Origin: a virus
DNA length: 64,000 nt
Direction: 5' to 3' (one strand)
Virus record (IMG/VR): IMGVR_UViG_3300047666_000499
Span: 3,493-67,492 of that record
The notes under the pieces are model-generated. The model searched no databases, was not told the DNA's origin, and was given only the letters and a program-made list of their open reading frames with translations. The translations under genes were made by a program, and so were the position numbers. Below, one piece after another: positions 9,939 through 19,849 of this stretch (positions are counted from its first letter, which is position 1; each line of letters opens with the position of its first letter).

Positions 9939-10088
9939 AAATTAACAACTTTACCTGACTATATTAGTATAAATTAATATTCATGGTGAGACCATAACGG
10001 TCAAAGGCGGCGGATACCAGCTGTGGCCTTATTTTTTATAAAACTGTAATATTACACTGGTTTAAGTATTACTAAAACAAATTAAATT

Positions 10089-11162
10089 ATGTTTACATTA
10101 TCTGAAAAAATTAGAGTGATGAACTCTGCAGACGAGATCAAGGTATTAGACCCTGCTGTCGCTGAAACTGCTGCTGTACCGGGTGTACCTAGAGTAGCTG
10201 GAGCTTCTGCCGCTGGAGATAGATTACTCGTTGAAGGATTCGGAGATTTTGATACCGCGCGTATTAAGAAATTCAAGATGAGAAGAGCTACTATTGCTGT
10301 TCAAGATTCTAGCGACTACACTACTGTAGCGCCTGCTGGCCTTGCTATTGGTGATGTTATCGAGGTTATTGTTACTATCGATACTGGCCGTCAATCTGCT
10401 GAAGTATTAGCTGCTAACCGTATTAACGGTGGTCGTTCTTTCGTGTTCCAAACTGCTGCTCTTACGGTTACCACTCCTACTGCCATTGCTGCGGCAATCG
10501 TTGCTGGTATGGTTGCTTGGAAAGCACTTTTCAACATTGGTAACCCATTGATCAACGTGATCGCCGGGGCTGCTCCTACTGATATCATGGTAAATGGTAA
10601 CGTTGGCGGAGACATCGATATTGATCGTGTTGAGTTACGTAGAATCACACAAGGGGCTGCATTCGTTACTGCGCCAGTTACTTTGGCTGAGTCTGTAGTT
10701 AACGCTATTGGTTCTGAAGGGCATGGTACAGGTAAATTCCTTGAGGAGTCTATCAGAATGGCTAACGGTCTTAATACTGACATTTACGGAGTAGATAACG
10801 CTACTACACAAGTTGACATTAGAGGTTCTTACACAGAGCTATCTTTTGAATACGCGTCTAGCTACAGCTCAAACCTTGCAACTAATGCTGCCGATTACGG
10901 TAACAGTGGTTTAGGTGGGCCTGCTGTTGGTGGAGTTGGTGCTTGTCACTCATTCACATTGTTTGTCAACGAGACTACAATGGCTAGCTCTATGGAGATT
11001 TTAGCTGATCTTATGATCGCTAACCAAGCTGTTGCACCATTGTTGACTAACACGACATTGAACGTTATTGCTGCACCATTGACTGGGGCTCAAGAGCTTA
11101 TTGAAGGACTTATCATCACTGATAACAGTTCAGTTGCTACTTCTGCTGCTTTCATCGCGTAA
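10089..11162 (+). CDS. Abundant structural protein (auxiliary capsid-like)
   Basis: Ala/Val/Gly-rich with codon bias like the MCP; has its own leader and terminator; synteny. Confidence 0.55.
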   Translation: MFTLSEKIRVMNSADEIKVLDPAVAETAAVPGVPRVAGASAAGDRLLVEGFGDFDTARIKKFKMRRATIAVQDSSDYTTVAPAGLAIGDVIEVIVTIDTGRQSAEVLAANRINGGRSFVFQTAALTVTTPTAIAAAIVAGMVAWKALFNIGNPLINVIAGAAPTDIMVNGNVGGDIDIDRVELRRITQGAAFVTAPVTLAESVVNAIGSEGHGTGKFLEESIRMANGLNTDIYGVDNATTQVDIRGSYTELSFEYASSYSSNLATNAADYGNSGLGGPAVGGVGACHSFTLFVNETTMASSMEILADLMIANQAVAPLLTNTTLNVIAAPLTGAQELIEGLIITDNSSVATSAAFIA

Positions 11163-11185
11163 GACTTACAATTTTCATTACAAAG

Positions 11186-11212
11186 AAGGCTGCCCATTGG
11201 GTGGCCTTTTTT
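11186..11212 (+). terminator. Intrinsic terminator
   Basis: AAGGCTGCCC-ATT-GGGTGGCCTT followed by TTTT. Confidence 0.8.
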
Positions 11213-11214
11213 AC

Positions 11215-11245
11215 TTTACAGAGAAAATTTTTTTCCTTATAATTA
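11215..11245 (+). promoter_or_regulatory. Putative promoter TTTA-N19-TATAATTA
   Basis: Recurrent motif after the terminator. Confidence 0.55.
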
Positions 11246-11261
11246 GTCAAACTCAAGACAC

Positions 11262-11966
11262 ATGACTCACAATGAAATGGCTTCGGCTATCCGTAATAGA
11301 ATAGCAGACGGTCTGGATGGTAACATCGGAGATCAGGCTTTTAGCTTGGAGCAGCTGTACGCTGAGATTGATTTGCAACGAGCAGATTTTGCTCATAAGT
11401 ACGCTCTCTCTAAAAAACTTAATCCTAAGTTCTTAGTACAAGAATTGCCCTTGCAGCACCTAGTATGTGATAACCTAACGCCCGCTGTGGATTGTGTGGA
11501 AGACTTCTTGAAGGACCCAGACGCATCTATACCGCGTATCGAGATCCCTAAAGTATCTTCCCTGTTTGGCGTTGACCCTATCGAGTATATCGGTCTAAAC
11601 AACATGCGCCAATCGTTTAAGGTGTACTATCATCCGAACGAGATTCGCACACACAGCTTCCGAGTGAGGACAGGTGCTAAACCTTTTGTGTGGATTGACT
11701 TGGCCCCAAATATCAACGATAAGTTTGATGTGTGGTTCTTTAACATGAACCCTTACGACCCCTTAAAGTTTGTGAAGGTTAGAGCTATTTTTGATTCACC
11801 TAGTTACGTGGATCCAAACAACCCAGCTCACCTAGAGGAGGAGTACCCTGCCCCTGCGCACATGCAGATGGCTATCATAGATGCTCTAACAGAAAAATGG
11901 GTTAGATACTACCGCCAGCTTCAGATACCGAAGATGCCAAATACTCAAGAAGATAAAGTAACATAA
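11262..11966 (+). CDS. Tail ring protein
   Basis: MASAIRN...SLEQL, VKVRAIFDSP, YYRQ...PNTQ; crAss ring-protein pattern. Confidence 0.65.
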   Translation: MTHNEMASAIRNRIADGLDGNIGDQAFSLEQLYAEIDLQRADFAHKYALSKKLNPKFLVQELPLQHLVCDNLTPAVDCVEDFLKDPDASIPRIEIPKVSSLFGVDPIEYIGLNNMRQSFKVYYHPNEIRTHSFRVRTGAKPFVWIDLAPNINDKFDVWFFNMNPYDPLKFVKVRAIFDSPSYVDPNNPAHLEEEYPAPAHMQMAIIDALTEKWVRYYRQLQIPKMPNTQEDKVT

Positions 11967-11967
11967 T

Positions 11968-12735
11968 ATGTCTCAAGAACAAGCAGCAAACCCTTTTTAC
12001 GATTTCATGTACGGCAAGTATCTTATCCAAGATTACTTTGACCTACAGATGCACGAAGATGATTACGTGGAACGCGCTTACAATATCTTCCGGGATATTG
12101 GTAACATCGCTACTGCTATTCATGCCTTTGAGTTCGAGATTGGTAACTCTTGTGTTGTGGATCTACCATGTAACGTGGAGTTCATAGAGGCGGTTAGCAC
12201 TGGCCAAGAGTGGCGAGACGACTGCGGTGACAATATCATTCTGTTTCACGCGGATCATATGAACACACCTAATAACAACTTCTTTGCTGACGCTATAAGC
12301 AACCCTAGCGCCTCTCGTGTAAACCTGAGCACACAGACCAGCAACTTGCACCCTAAAGGGGAATTCATTCCGTATGAGCTCCAAGGTTCTGCAGGAGGAA
12401 GACGCTTGTCTTTCACTCAAGATTGTATTGGTACTAAGGGTGTAGTCATCTACAGAGGTATTTGTGTTGACCACGACGGCAACCCGCTTTTGGCCCGTAA
12501 AGAAGCTGAGGCTATAGCGTACAAACTGCAGTTCATGGATGTGCAAAAGAAGTCGTTTATGGGCGATCCTAACGCCAAGAGTATGTTGGAGTACATTAAG
12601 ACAGAAAGTGGTAGAAAGATGGCTGCCGCGAAGATACCAGAGTACATAACTCAAAATCACCTGAACCGCATGCTTTCTGCTATGACGAGACACGATAGAA
12701 AAGTGTTCGATTCTAGCTACAAGTCGATGCAATAA
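11968..12735 (+). CDS. Tail tubular/ring protein (P22 gp4-like)
   Basis: VDLPCNVEFIEAV, IYRGICVDHDGNPLL...EAEAIA; synteny. Confidence 0.7.
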   Translation: MSQEQAANPFYDFMYGKYLIQDYFDLQMHEDDYVERAYNIFRDIGNIATAIHAFEFEIGNSCVVDLPCNVEFIEAVSTGQEWRDDCGDNIILFHADHMNTPNNNFFADAISNPSASRVNLSTQTSNLHPKGEFIPYELQGSAGGRRLSFTQDCIGTKGVVIYRGICVDHDGNPLLARKEAEAIAYKLQFMDVQKKSFMGDPNAKSMLEYIKTESGRKMAAAKIPEYITQNHLNRMLSAMTRHDRKVFDSSYKSMQ

Positions 12736-13508
12736 TGGGTAGATACAAGTTCAACAAGAAGACTGGGAAGAGCACACGGGTAGCCGAGTATGATACTACT
12801 CTGATGATGACTCTCAAGGACGTCCTACCGGATGATCCTGCTATAGCTAGAAAATACCTAGAAAAGAAATCGAACGCCCCCAAGGGGAAACTTCAGCATT
12901 TGTACCACACACAGAGCAACAGCTCTTTGGTACGCAAAATATTCGTGACCTACATGAAAGCTGTCCTTATGGAAGTAGTCATGGGTCAGGGCAAATTTGT
13001 AATCCCTAACACCAGTGTTAACAAGCCTGAGATTTATATGGGCTGGATTGATGACAAAGCTGCCAAGGGTTTCCGTAAGAGCTACAAGTACCAGAAGTTT
13101 GATCTAATGCAGACGGACTACAAGATACCGATGGTGAAGTACAAAATAAAGGACTCCAAACAGGATCTGGGTGTTTATGTCAACAAACAGATTTTCGCTA
13201 AGTTACTGAAGCGCTCGAACTCCGGGAAAGGATTTAGCAAACTACCACGGGAGATAGAATATTTCTTGCCTGTAGTTTACGAGGAATTTTCCTATATTAA
13301 CGAGCGTAAGCTTCAGTCACTGATAAGACACTGCTTAAGAAGATTACACTACCACCTAAGACGTGGGGAAGAAGTACGCATTCTAGATGGGGACGGAGAG
13401 ATAAGATTCTACCGCCCTTTAGGACGTAAACACGACGAAATTATGAGGTCAGTTGTAAGAAAGCGAATGGCCCGCGATAGAAATAGAAAATATGGCAAAC
13501 TCAGTTAA
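12735..13508 (+). CDS. Basic IHF/HU-like DNA-binding protein
   Basis: Very Lys/Arg-rich; LRRGEEVRILDG resembles an HU/IHF arm; IHF-like genes occupy this region in crAss-like phages. Confidence 0.45.
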   Translation: MGRYKFNKKTGKSTRVAEYDTTLMMTLKDVLPDDPAIARKYLEKKSNAPKGKLQHLYHTQSNSSLVRKIFVTYMKAVLMEVVMGQGKFVIPNTSVNKPEIYMGWIDDKAAKGFRKSYKYQKFDLMQTDYKIPMVKYKIKDSKQDLGVYVNKQIFAKLLKRSNSGKGFSKLPREIEYFLPVVYEEFSYINERKLQSLIRHCLRRLHYHLRRGEEVRILDGDGEIRFYRPLGRKHDEIMRSVVRKRMARDRNRKYGKLS

Positions 13509-16500
13509 TACATTTACGGAATTAAATACTGATTCCCACCCGGTTAACACACAACCCACTGTGATGACGGATGCGATCAACGCTACCCTTACAACGAAGG
13601 GTGAGAATCAATTGATCCTGCAGAACATGGAGGGTAACCATCAAGTGGCCTCTCTTACAACCGGTTTCAGGCCGCTTGGTGTTGCGGTATTCAACGACAT
13701 CACATATATCGTGTCAGGTAATTTCGACGACGAGGGTGGTTTCTTGCGAGGAGAGGTAGGTACTTTCCCATCACCAGACTGGGCTAATTTGCTCGCTGGA
13801 ACCAACTTGGATCCAAATAACTACTTACCGCTACAAAACGTTTACTCGCCGCTGTACAATTTTTCTACATCTACAGATGAGACAATATTGGATAGTGACT
13901 TGAACTACGAGGAGCCATTCCGCACGCAGTTACTAAATTTCCGATCTGACCGGTTAATAGAAGTGGAGCTACAACCATCTTACGATGAGTCTGTTAACAT
14001 TGTGTTCACAGATGATTTCAACAACGTGCGACTAGTGAACAGCCGGTTCCGACTGGATGACTCAGGAAAGAACGCTTCCATAGCTGATCGTAGACAAGAC
14101 AGAGACACGAACGTCTATTCTGAGCTCAGGTTTGGGTACACAAGGTTGATTAGACAAGCACAAAAAATTGTTAACCTAGAATACTTAGGTGTGAATTCCG
14201 GTGGGCAACTAGATGCTGGTGGTTACAGATTTTACTTCAGATACACAGACAGTGATGGAGCCATCACAGATGTTGTTGAGGAGTCAAGGTTAGTTTCCGT
14301 AGGTTACAACGACCACGGTGGTATCACAGGGGAGATTACTGACAAGCTTGTGTCATTCCGATTAAGTAACCTAGACCGCAGCTTTAGTGGTGTTAGAGTG
14401 TACTACTCGGTCGCTAGTGGACAAACAGCTGCCTCGACAACAGTCAAAGAAATAGAAAACATTTACGATATCACAGGTGACTCTATTGAGATCACCATAT
14501 CTGGTATAGAAACAACAATAGATATTGATAGCGCGACGTTGAACCTAGACTACTCTAGCATCGACACGGTAAAGACTATAACACAGTACAACGACAGGCT
14601 GCTGTTGGGTAACATCACAAACGCTGCCCATGACTACACTGAACTTCAGGAGTTGTCTCAAAGGCTAAGAGTGCAGGAGTACACTGAGGATATGGCGATC
14701 AAGGAGTTAGGCTCTGGTTACGCCACGGCCGACAATGTGTACCACAAGCTGGGCTACTGGGCGGGGGAGACTTACGAACTTGCCATTGTCTATATATTGA
14801 AAGACGGTCAGGGTACAACACCAGCTTTCCCTATCAGGGGTGGGGACAACTACGCGAACAACTTCAGCTACTCAGGTATAAACCCAATCACAACCGCAGA
14901 TGGTTTTGTTAGTGGGGCTTCCTCAGAAAACAGATTAGGTGTCTACCGTACAGACAAGGACAGACGCAAACTAAAGGGTGTTGACAACCACATCACAGAG
15001 GTAAGATATTTCAAAATAAACGTCTCTTCTATAAAGAACCAAGCGTACATAACAGCAAACACAGACGGCTTCTTCTTTGTTCGTAAAGAGCGTAAGAAAG
15101 ATTGTGTCGTACAGGGCTACATCTGTAACGCACTCAAGGAGCCTATATCGCAAGGTATAATATCTAACCCGCCAAATTTAATAGTAGCTAACCCTACTTA
15201 TGACGGATCACCTAGAAACGATTGGCATGCAGCTCGTGCTACAATCACTCCCCTTTGGGAAGGTTTGGGTGTTTACGGCAAGGGTGGGTTAAACCATGTT
15301 TACGCGGGGACAACCGCTTTTGCTGAGTACCCAATTGGTGACTGCAAAATATTACCGGCACCGGGCCGAGCTTGGGACTTCATTCAGTACGAAGAGGACA
15401 TAAAGCCTACGCCTAAAACGTACCAAGGCGGCATTAACGGCCTTACGCTGAGTAACCCTATTGGGAATGAGTCAGATATAGGCATGTTCTGGTCGTTTTA
15501 TGCGTCAGACATGTTGTGCGACGCCCCTTTGTTTGCATCGATTTTTAACAACGGGTCTAAAGGTATGATGGTAGATTCCGATCCTGTCATCGCTAAAGCC
15601 CAATTCCCCGGGGTAACAATCTCCGGTCAAATATACGAAGTGCAAACCTTTGACCAGATGTTGACAGGCTTCGACTCCACCAACGCTGACCCGTTAAACC
15701 CAAACGGCTACCTATTCACAGTAGAATTGGTTTCTTCTACTGACACCCCAAACAACCTTGGGGGTGACATACTTTACACATTTACACCGCAGTCGGGTAA
15801 CCCTGACATTTTGGAGGGAACTATAAGAGTCAGAGTGCTCGGGGTAGACCCAAACATAGCTGGCTTGGAGGTGTTTACTGACATGGATGTCATTGTTGAC
15901 ATCTCCGATTTAAGCAACGTTTTGGTGACCTTCGCCATTTTACCCGTGGTAGGTGTTGATTTAACCATTCTTGTGGGTGGTACCGCGACAGGCACAATGT
16001 CACCAGGCTCCCTGACGCCAAACCCTGCTACTTGGGTTGATGCAAATCACCCTACCAGTCTTGCGTGGCGTACTTTCAACGTAGGCCCGTTCAACGGCAT
16101 ATCGGTGGAGAATAACACAATAAACATACCAGTTATAGAGAATGGCATGAATCTTGAGTGGCAAGAGTCCTCTTGGGATTTGACCGGAAACATAACAATA
16201 TCGGGGGGTGACGTTTGTTCAGTAAAACAAGTGGAGATGGAAGCTCACTATTTCAGACCGGCGCCGATGACGGAGCCCAGCTCTGTAGACCCAGACGAGA
16301 CAATCCGAAGAAGTTACATGCAGTACGTACTGCACGGCCAAGACGGCTACTCAAACGATCAGTTTGCTAGTAGAGCAGACCGAAACTTGTTCTACGGCTT
16401 TGGTGGCTCTTACTTCGACCCTGTTGCCGGCGCTGCTGGTGCTGCCAATGGCGGCTATTTATGGGATCCAACTGTGCTGTTTACTCAGGACAATTTAGCG

Positions 16501-19056
16501 GCTGGTTTCAACCCAACAGGCTATGGTTCAGCCGTAGGTGTAGTAGAGTTTGATCCAACTACAGTCGCGCCATCCTTGATGACACAAATGTGGCAAACAA
16601 ACGTAAACTTTGAGGACTACGTTGGTGTTAGATTGTCAGTATTTGAGCCTAAGTTCACGTTTGGGCTGCACAACGACTGGGCTGGGCACGCCCTAGATCA
16701 GGGCACACAAAACACACAAAACGGTATGGTTCAGAGATGGACTGTTGATGGTGTGAGATGGGCTGTTCAAACGAACATTTACAACGGGCAGTACGGCGCT
16801 TTGGACGCAGGAGAATGGAAAGTGAAGTACAACAACTTAAACACAAACGAGTCTTACCACGCGATCACAAAGAGATTCAGATGGGAAGACGTGTCGAACA
16901 ACAATATTGATATATACGCGGGAGATTGCTTTATGACATACACATACAAGAGAGTACAACGCCCTCTTGGCATCAGTGGTGTAGACACAGCTTCAGACTG
17001 GAGATTATATAATTCCAACAACAGAGCGGCGGGACTGGTGGAGCACGGTATTTGCTTCCCCATGATTTTAGAATGTAACTACAACACGGCTCAGAGAGCT
17101 TTTGAGGAAGTAGACGCAGTTGAAAGTCTGCTGTACGGAAAGGACAGATCGTTCTTCCCGGTGGATGACATCGACGACTTACGCTCTTCCAAACAGCCGG
17201 AATCGCATGGCTACAACCACGGCTACAGCTGGGGAGGGAGTGATAGAGTTTTCGCGGGTCTTAATGATCGCGCCCCTTCGCTGAACATAAACTACGGAAA
17301 CCGTGTTATGGTATCAGCGCCGTCAGTTTCTGGTAACTTCTTCAACGGTTACACAGACTTCAGCGGGTTGAACTTTAGAGACTACAACAAACAGCTAGGT
17401 GAGATCACATCGATCATCTCCCATAACGACGTTTGTTATGCCATATTTGAGACTGGTGTGGGTGTTGTCCCAGTGAACCAGCGTACCATGATCTCAGAGC
17501 AGACTGGGGGTGTGTTCTTAGATGATGCCCAGGTGTTGGCACAGAAAATGCAGGTGATATCTACTGAGTACGGTAGTGACCAGCAGTTCTCTATTATCAA
17601 AACAGACGAGTACGTCTACGGGGTGGATTTTAGTAAGAACAAGATCTGGCGTATTGTGTCAGGTGGTGGAGGGCACAGGTTAGAACTTATCTCTGACTTT
17701 GCTATACAGTCGATACTAAATGTATTCAAGACTAGACTACGTAGCAACCAGCTACGCGATGTGGTCAAATCTAACTACGATCGCAACAGGAATAATGTCA
17801 TCTTCTCGTACTACAACGAAGTATTCGGGCAGTACTTGACAGATTTCTACGACATTATAGTTGTGCCAGATGACCCAACTACCCCTGATCCAGACGACCC
17901 GACTGATGTTAACGCTTTTAGTAAGTATGTAAACGACCAAGTTGACCCAGACGGATCCCAAGCTTCGGCGAGAGCTAGCTACTTGGACAAAACTCCAGCG
18001 GTGCCGGGCAGAACACCTTCAGGCACAGTCCCAGTGGTGGTTATCATAACCGATCCAGAAGACCCTAATGTGGGCCAGCCTGCTACTAGCAACGATGATG
18101 GTACACTAGTGCCTATCAATCAAATTGATAATTTTGGCAACGACATATTCCAACTTATAAGGTCTAACGACCTAGGTTCAGTTTACTGGAACGAAACTTT
18201 GGGTAAATGGATCTCGAGATTGTCTTGGAATCCTATCTGGACTTTCAATGTAGAGAGCAACCTGTACAGTTTCAATTCTAACGCCGACCGTGAGATTATT
18301 TGGGAGCACTTCTCTGCGATAGTACCTTGGTGTCATTTCTACGGTAGACAGGAGAAATTCGTGTTTGAATTTATGATCGTGGATAATGCCAGTGCTCAAA
18401 AGATACTCGACAACATGATGTTTATTTGCAACAGAGCGTTCCCGGGCCGTGTAGACTACAATCTACTAGAAAACGATTTCGACTTTGAGCTTCAGGATGC
18501 TACAACAGCTGCCGGTGCCGGAGGAGTCGATAACGGTTACAGAGAACTTCTTAAGCAGAGACATGAGGCTAACCCCGCAACCGTTATGGGCAACAGCGAG
18601 ATAAACGCTTGGGACATTGTGACTACCACAGAGGTGGACATCGGCGGTTTGGGTACTCTCGTTACATCTTTCACTATGTCGGCCACCAACGGTGATCCTA
18701 TTTCGCAGTGCGAAAGTGAGAGAATAGCTGGAGGATATGTCACTTGGAACGGAGTTATATACATAATTGGCCCTAGCTTTGAAAATAACGGTATATTTTA
18801 CAACGAGGTTTGGGATCAAAATGGTAATAATATCGTTGGTCCACTTCCAGCAACTTGGGATTTCGATTCATTGGACTTTGGTATTATCCAGCAAAACATG
18901 GAGTATATTGAAGACCATTTATACGTTGAAGTTGGACAAGATGAAGACGAATCCAGAGTTCGCGATAAGGCAATAAGAGTAAGAGTTACGTATGAGGGGT
19001 ATGATTATTATACTATTCAATCAGTAATATCAAGTTTTGTTTATTCATTCGGCTAA
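13492..19056 (+). CDS. Tail stabilisation/muzzle protein (P22 gp10-like)
   Basis: NTF...DAINATL...LILQNMEGN, GEVGTFPSP, EIQPSYD-like motif...DDFNNVRLVNSRF, YGVD..KNKIWR, and a C-terminal RDKAIRVRVTYEG. Confidence 0.85.
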   Translation: MANSVNTFTELNTDSHPVNTQPTVMTDAINATLTTKGENQLILQNMEGNHQVASLTTGFRPLGVAVFNDITYIVSGNFDDEGGFLRGEVGTFPSPDWANLLAGTNLDPNNYLPLQNVYSPLYNFSTSTDETILDSDLNYEEPFRTQLLNFRSDRLIEVELQPSYDESVNIVFTDDFNNVRLVNSRFRLDDSGKNASIADRRQDRDTNVYSELRFGYTRLIRQAQKIVNLEYLGVNSGGQLDAGGYRFYFRYTDSDGAITDVVEESRLVSVGYNDHGGITGEITDKLVSFRLSNLDRSFSGVRVYYSVASGQTAASTTVKEIENIYDITGDSIEITISGIETTIDIDSATLNLDYSSIDTVKTITQYNDRLLLGNITNAAHDYTELQELSQRLRVQEYTEDMAIKELGSGYATADNVYHKLGYWAGETYELAIVYILKDGQGTTPAFPIRGGDNYANNFSYSGINPITTADGFVSGASSENRLGVYRTDKDRRKLKGVDNHITEVRYFKINVSSIKNQAYITANTDGFFFVRKERKKDCVVQGYICNALKEPISQGIISNPPNLIVANPTYDGSPRNDWHAARATITPLWEGLGVYGKGGLNHVYAGTTAFAEYPIGDCKILPAPGRAWDFIQYEEDIKPTPKTYQGGINGLTLSNPIGNESDIGMFWSFYASDMLCDAPLFASIFNNGSKGMMVDSDPVIAKAQFPGVTISGQIYEVQTFDQMLTGFDSTNADPLNPNGYLFTVELVSSTDTPNNLGGDILYTFTPQSGNPDILEGTIRVRVLGVDPNIAGLEVFTDMDVIVDISDLSNVLVTFAILPVVGVDLTILVGGTATGTMSPGSLTPNPATWVDANHPTSLAWRTFNVGPFNGISVENNTINIPVIENGMNLEWQESSWDLTGNITISGGDVCSVKQVEMEAHYFRPAPMTEPSSVDPDETIRRSYMQYVLHGQDGYSNDQFASRADRNLFYGFGGSYFDPVAGAAGAANGGYLWDPTVLFTQDNLAAGFNPTGYGSAVGVVEFDPTTVAPSLMTQMWQTNVNFEDYVGVRLSVFEPKFTFGLHNDWAGHALDQGTQNTQNGMVQRWTVDGVRWAVQTNIYNGQYGALDAGEWKVKYNNLNTNESYHAITKRFRWEDVSNNNIDIYAGDCFMTYTYKRVQRPLGISGVDTASDWRLYNSNNRAAGLVEHGICFPMILECNYNTAQRAFEEVDAVESLLYGKDRSFFPVDDIDDLRSSKQPESHGYNHGYSWGGSDRVFAGLNDRAPSLNINYGNRVMVSAPSVSGNFFNGYTDFSGLNFRDYNKQLGEITSIISHNDVCYAIFETGVGVVPVNQRTMISEQTGGVFLDDAQVLAQKMQVISTEYGSDQQFSIIKTDEYVYGVDFSKNKIWRIVSGGGGHRLELISDFAIQSILNVFKTRLRSNQLRDVVKSNYDRNRNNVIFSYYNEVFGQYLTDFYDIIVVPDDPTTPDPDDPTDVNAFSKYVNDQVDPDGSQASARASYLDKTPAVPGRTPSGTVPVVVIITDPEDPNVGQPATSNDDGTLVPINQIDNFGNDIFQLIRSNDLGSVYWNETLGKWISRLSWNPIWTFNVESNLYSFNSNADREIIWEHFSAIVPWCHFYGRQEKFVFEFMIVDNASAQKILDNMMFICNRAFPGRVDYNLLENDFDFELQDATTAAGAGGVDNGYRELLKQRHEANPATVMGNSEINAWDIVTTTEVDIGGLGTLVTSFTMSATNGDPISQCESERIAGGYVTWNGVIYIIGPSFENNGIFYNEVWDQNGNNIVGPLPATWDFDSLDFGIIQQNMEYIEDHLYVEVGQDEDESRVRDKAIRVRVTYEGYDYYTIQSVISSFVYSFG

Positions 19057-19066
19057 AACATAAAAA

Positions 19067-19804
19067 ATGGCTAAAAGTAATATATACGATTTACATCTTA
19101 GTGAAATTCTACTAAGAACGTGCTGTGATTTCAGCGGCAACGCTGGGGCTGGGGCTGCAGGGGCTAATGTGCCGAGTTTGGCACTATCAAGTTCCATAGG
19201 AGCAACTATGCCCGCCAGTCTAAGTACTCAGGCGTCCTTCACTTCAGAGGTTATAGGAATGCCCGCGTTTTACACTGTTCAAGGTGTAACCCATGTCATC
19301 ACCTACCCGGATTTGACCACTACGGTTGGATCTAGTACCCCTCTAACCGGCGCTCTGCAGACGGTGGTGTCAGGCCTTGTGGGCACAACTTACACGGTGA
19401 CTTCAACAGTAGTTATCGAGGACTTGGTCAACGCAATACCGGGGGTGGATATTACGCTTACAGCCACTATGGTGATCACAGCGGTCTTGCCTACATACTA
19501 CGGTGTAAAGGTGAGTGAAGCGATCCCCACGATCACGAGTCTATACCAGATCAGTAGCAGTAGCACTCAGTTCTCAATGACGACTTCGGTTGTCGGGCGT
19601 ATGTACGTGGTTATACCAACCGCTATTTCGTCTGTTACACCTATGCTGACGTTGGCAGGGCCAAACGGATTGACTTACCCAGCCAGTGACTTCGCTGTGT
19701 CTACTTTCGCCGTGGGAGCAAACAGCTATGATTACTACATTTTGAACTACGATACTCAGCTTACTGGAACGAACGTAAAAACATTCACGATTAATTTCTC
19801 TTAA
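19067..19804 (+). CDS. Fibre-associated beta-sandwich protein (paralog of 21393)
   Basis: Thr/Ser/Val-rich; C-terminal GRMYVVIP...YDYY...FTINF. Confidence 0.55.
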   Translation: MAKSNIYDLHLSEILLRTCCDFSGNAGAGAAGANVPSLALSSSIGATMPASLSTQASFTSEVIGMPAFYTVQGVTHVITYPDLTTTVGSSTPLTGALQTVVSGLVGTTYTVTSTVVIEDLVNAIPGVDITLTATMVITAVLPTYYGVKVSEAIPTITSLYQISSSSTQFSMTTSVVGRMYVVIPTAISSVTPMLTLAGPNGLTYPASDFAVSTFAVGANSYDYYILNYDTQLTGTNVKTFTINFS

Positions 19805-19830
19805 GGAGTCAGCTGTTTTTATTATAGTTA
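19800..19830 (+). promoter_or_regulatory. Putative promoter CTTA-N19-TATAGTTA
   Basis: Recurrent motif. Confidence 0.55.
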
Positions 19831-19849
19831 ACACAACAAAAAATTAAAT

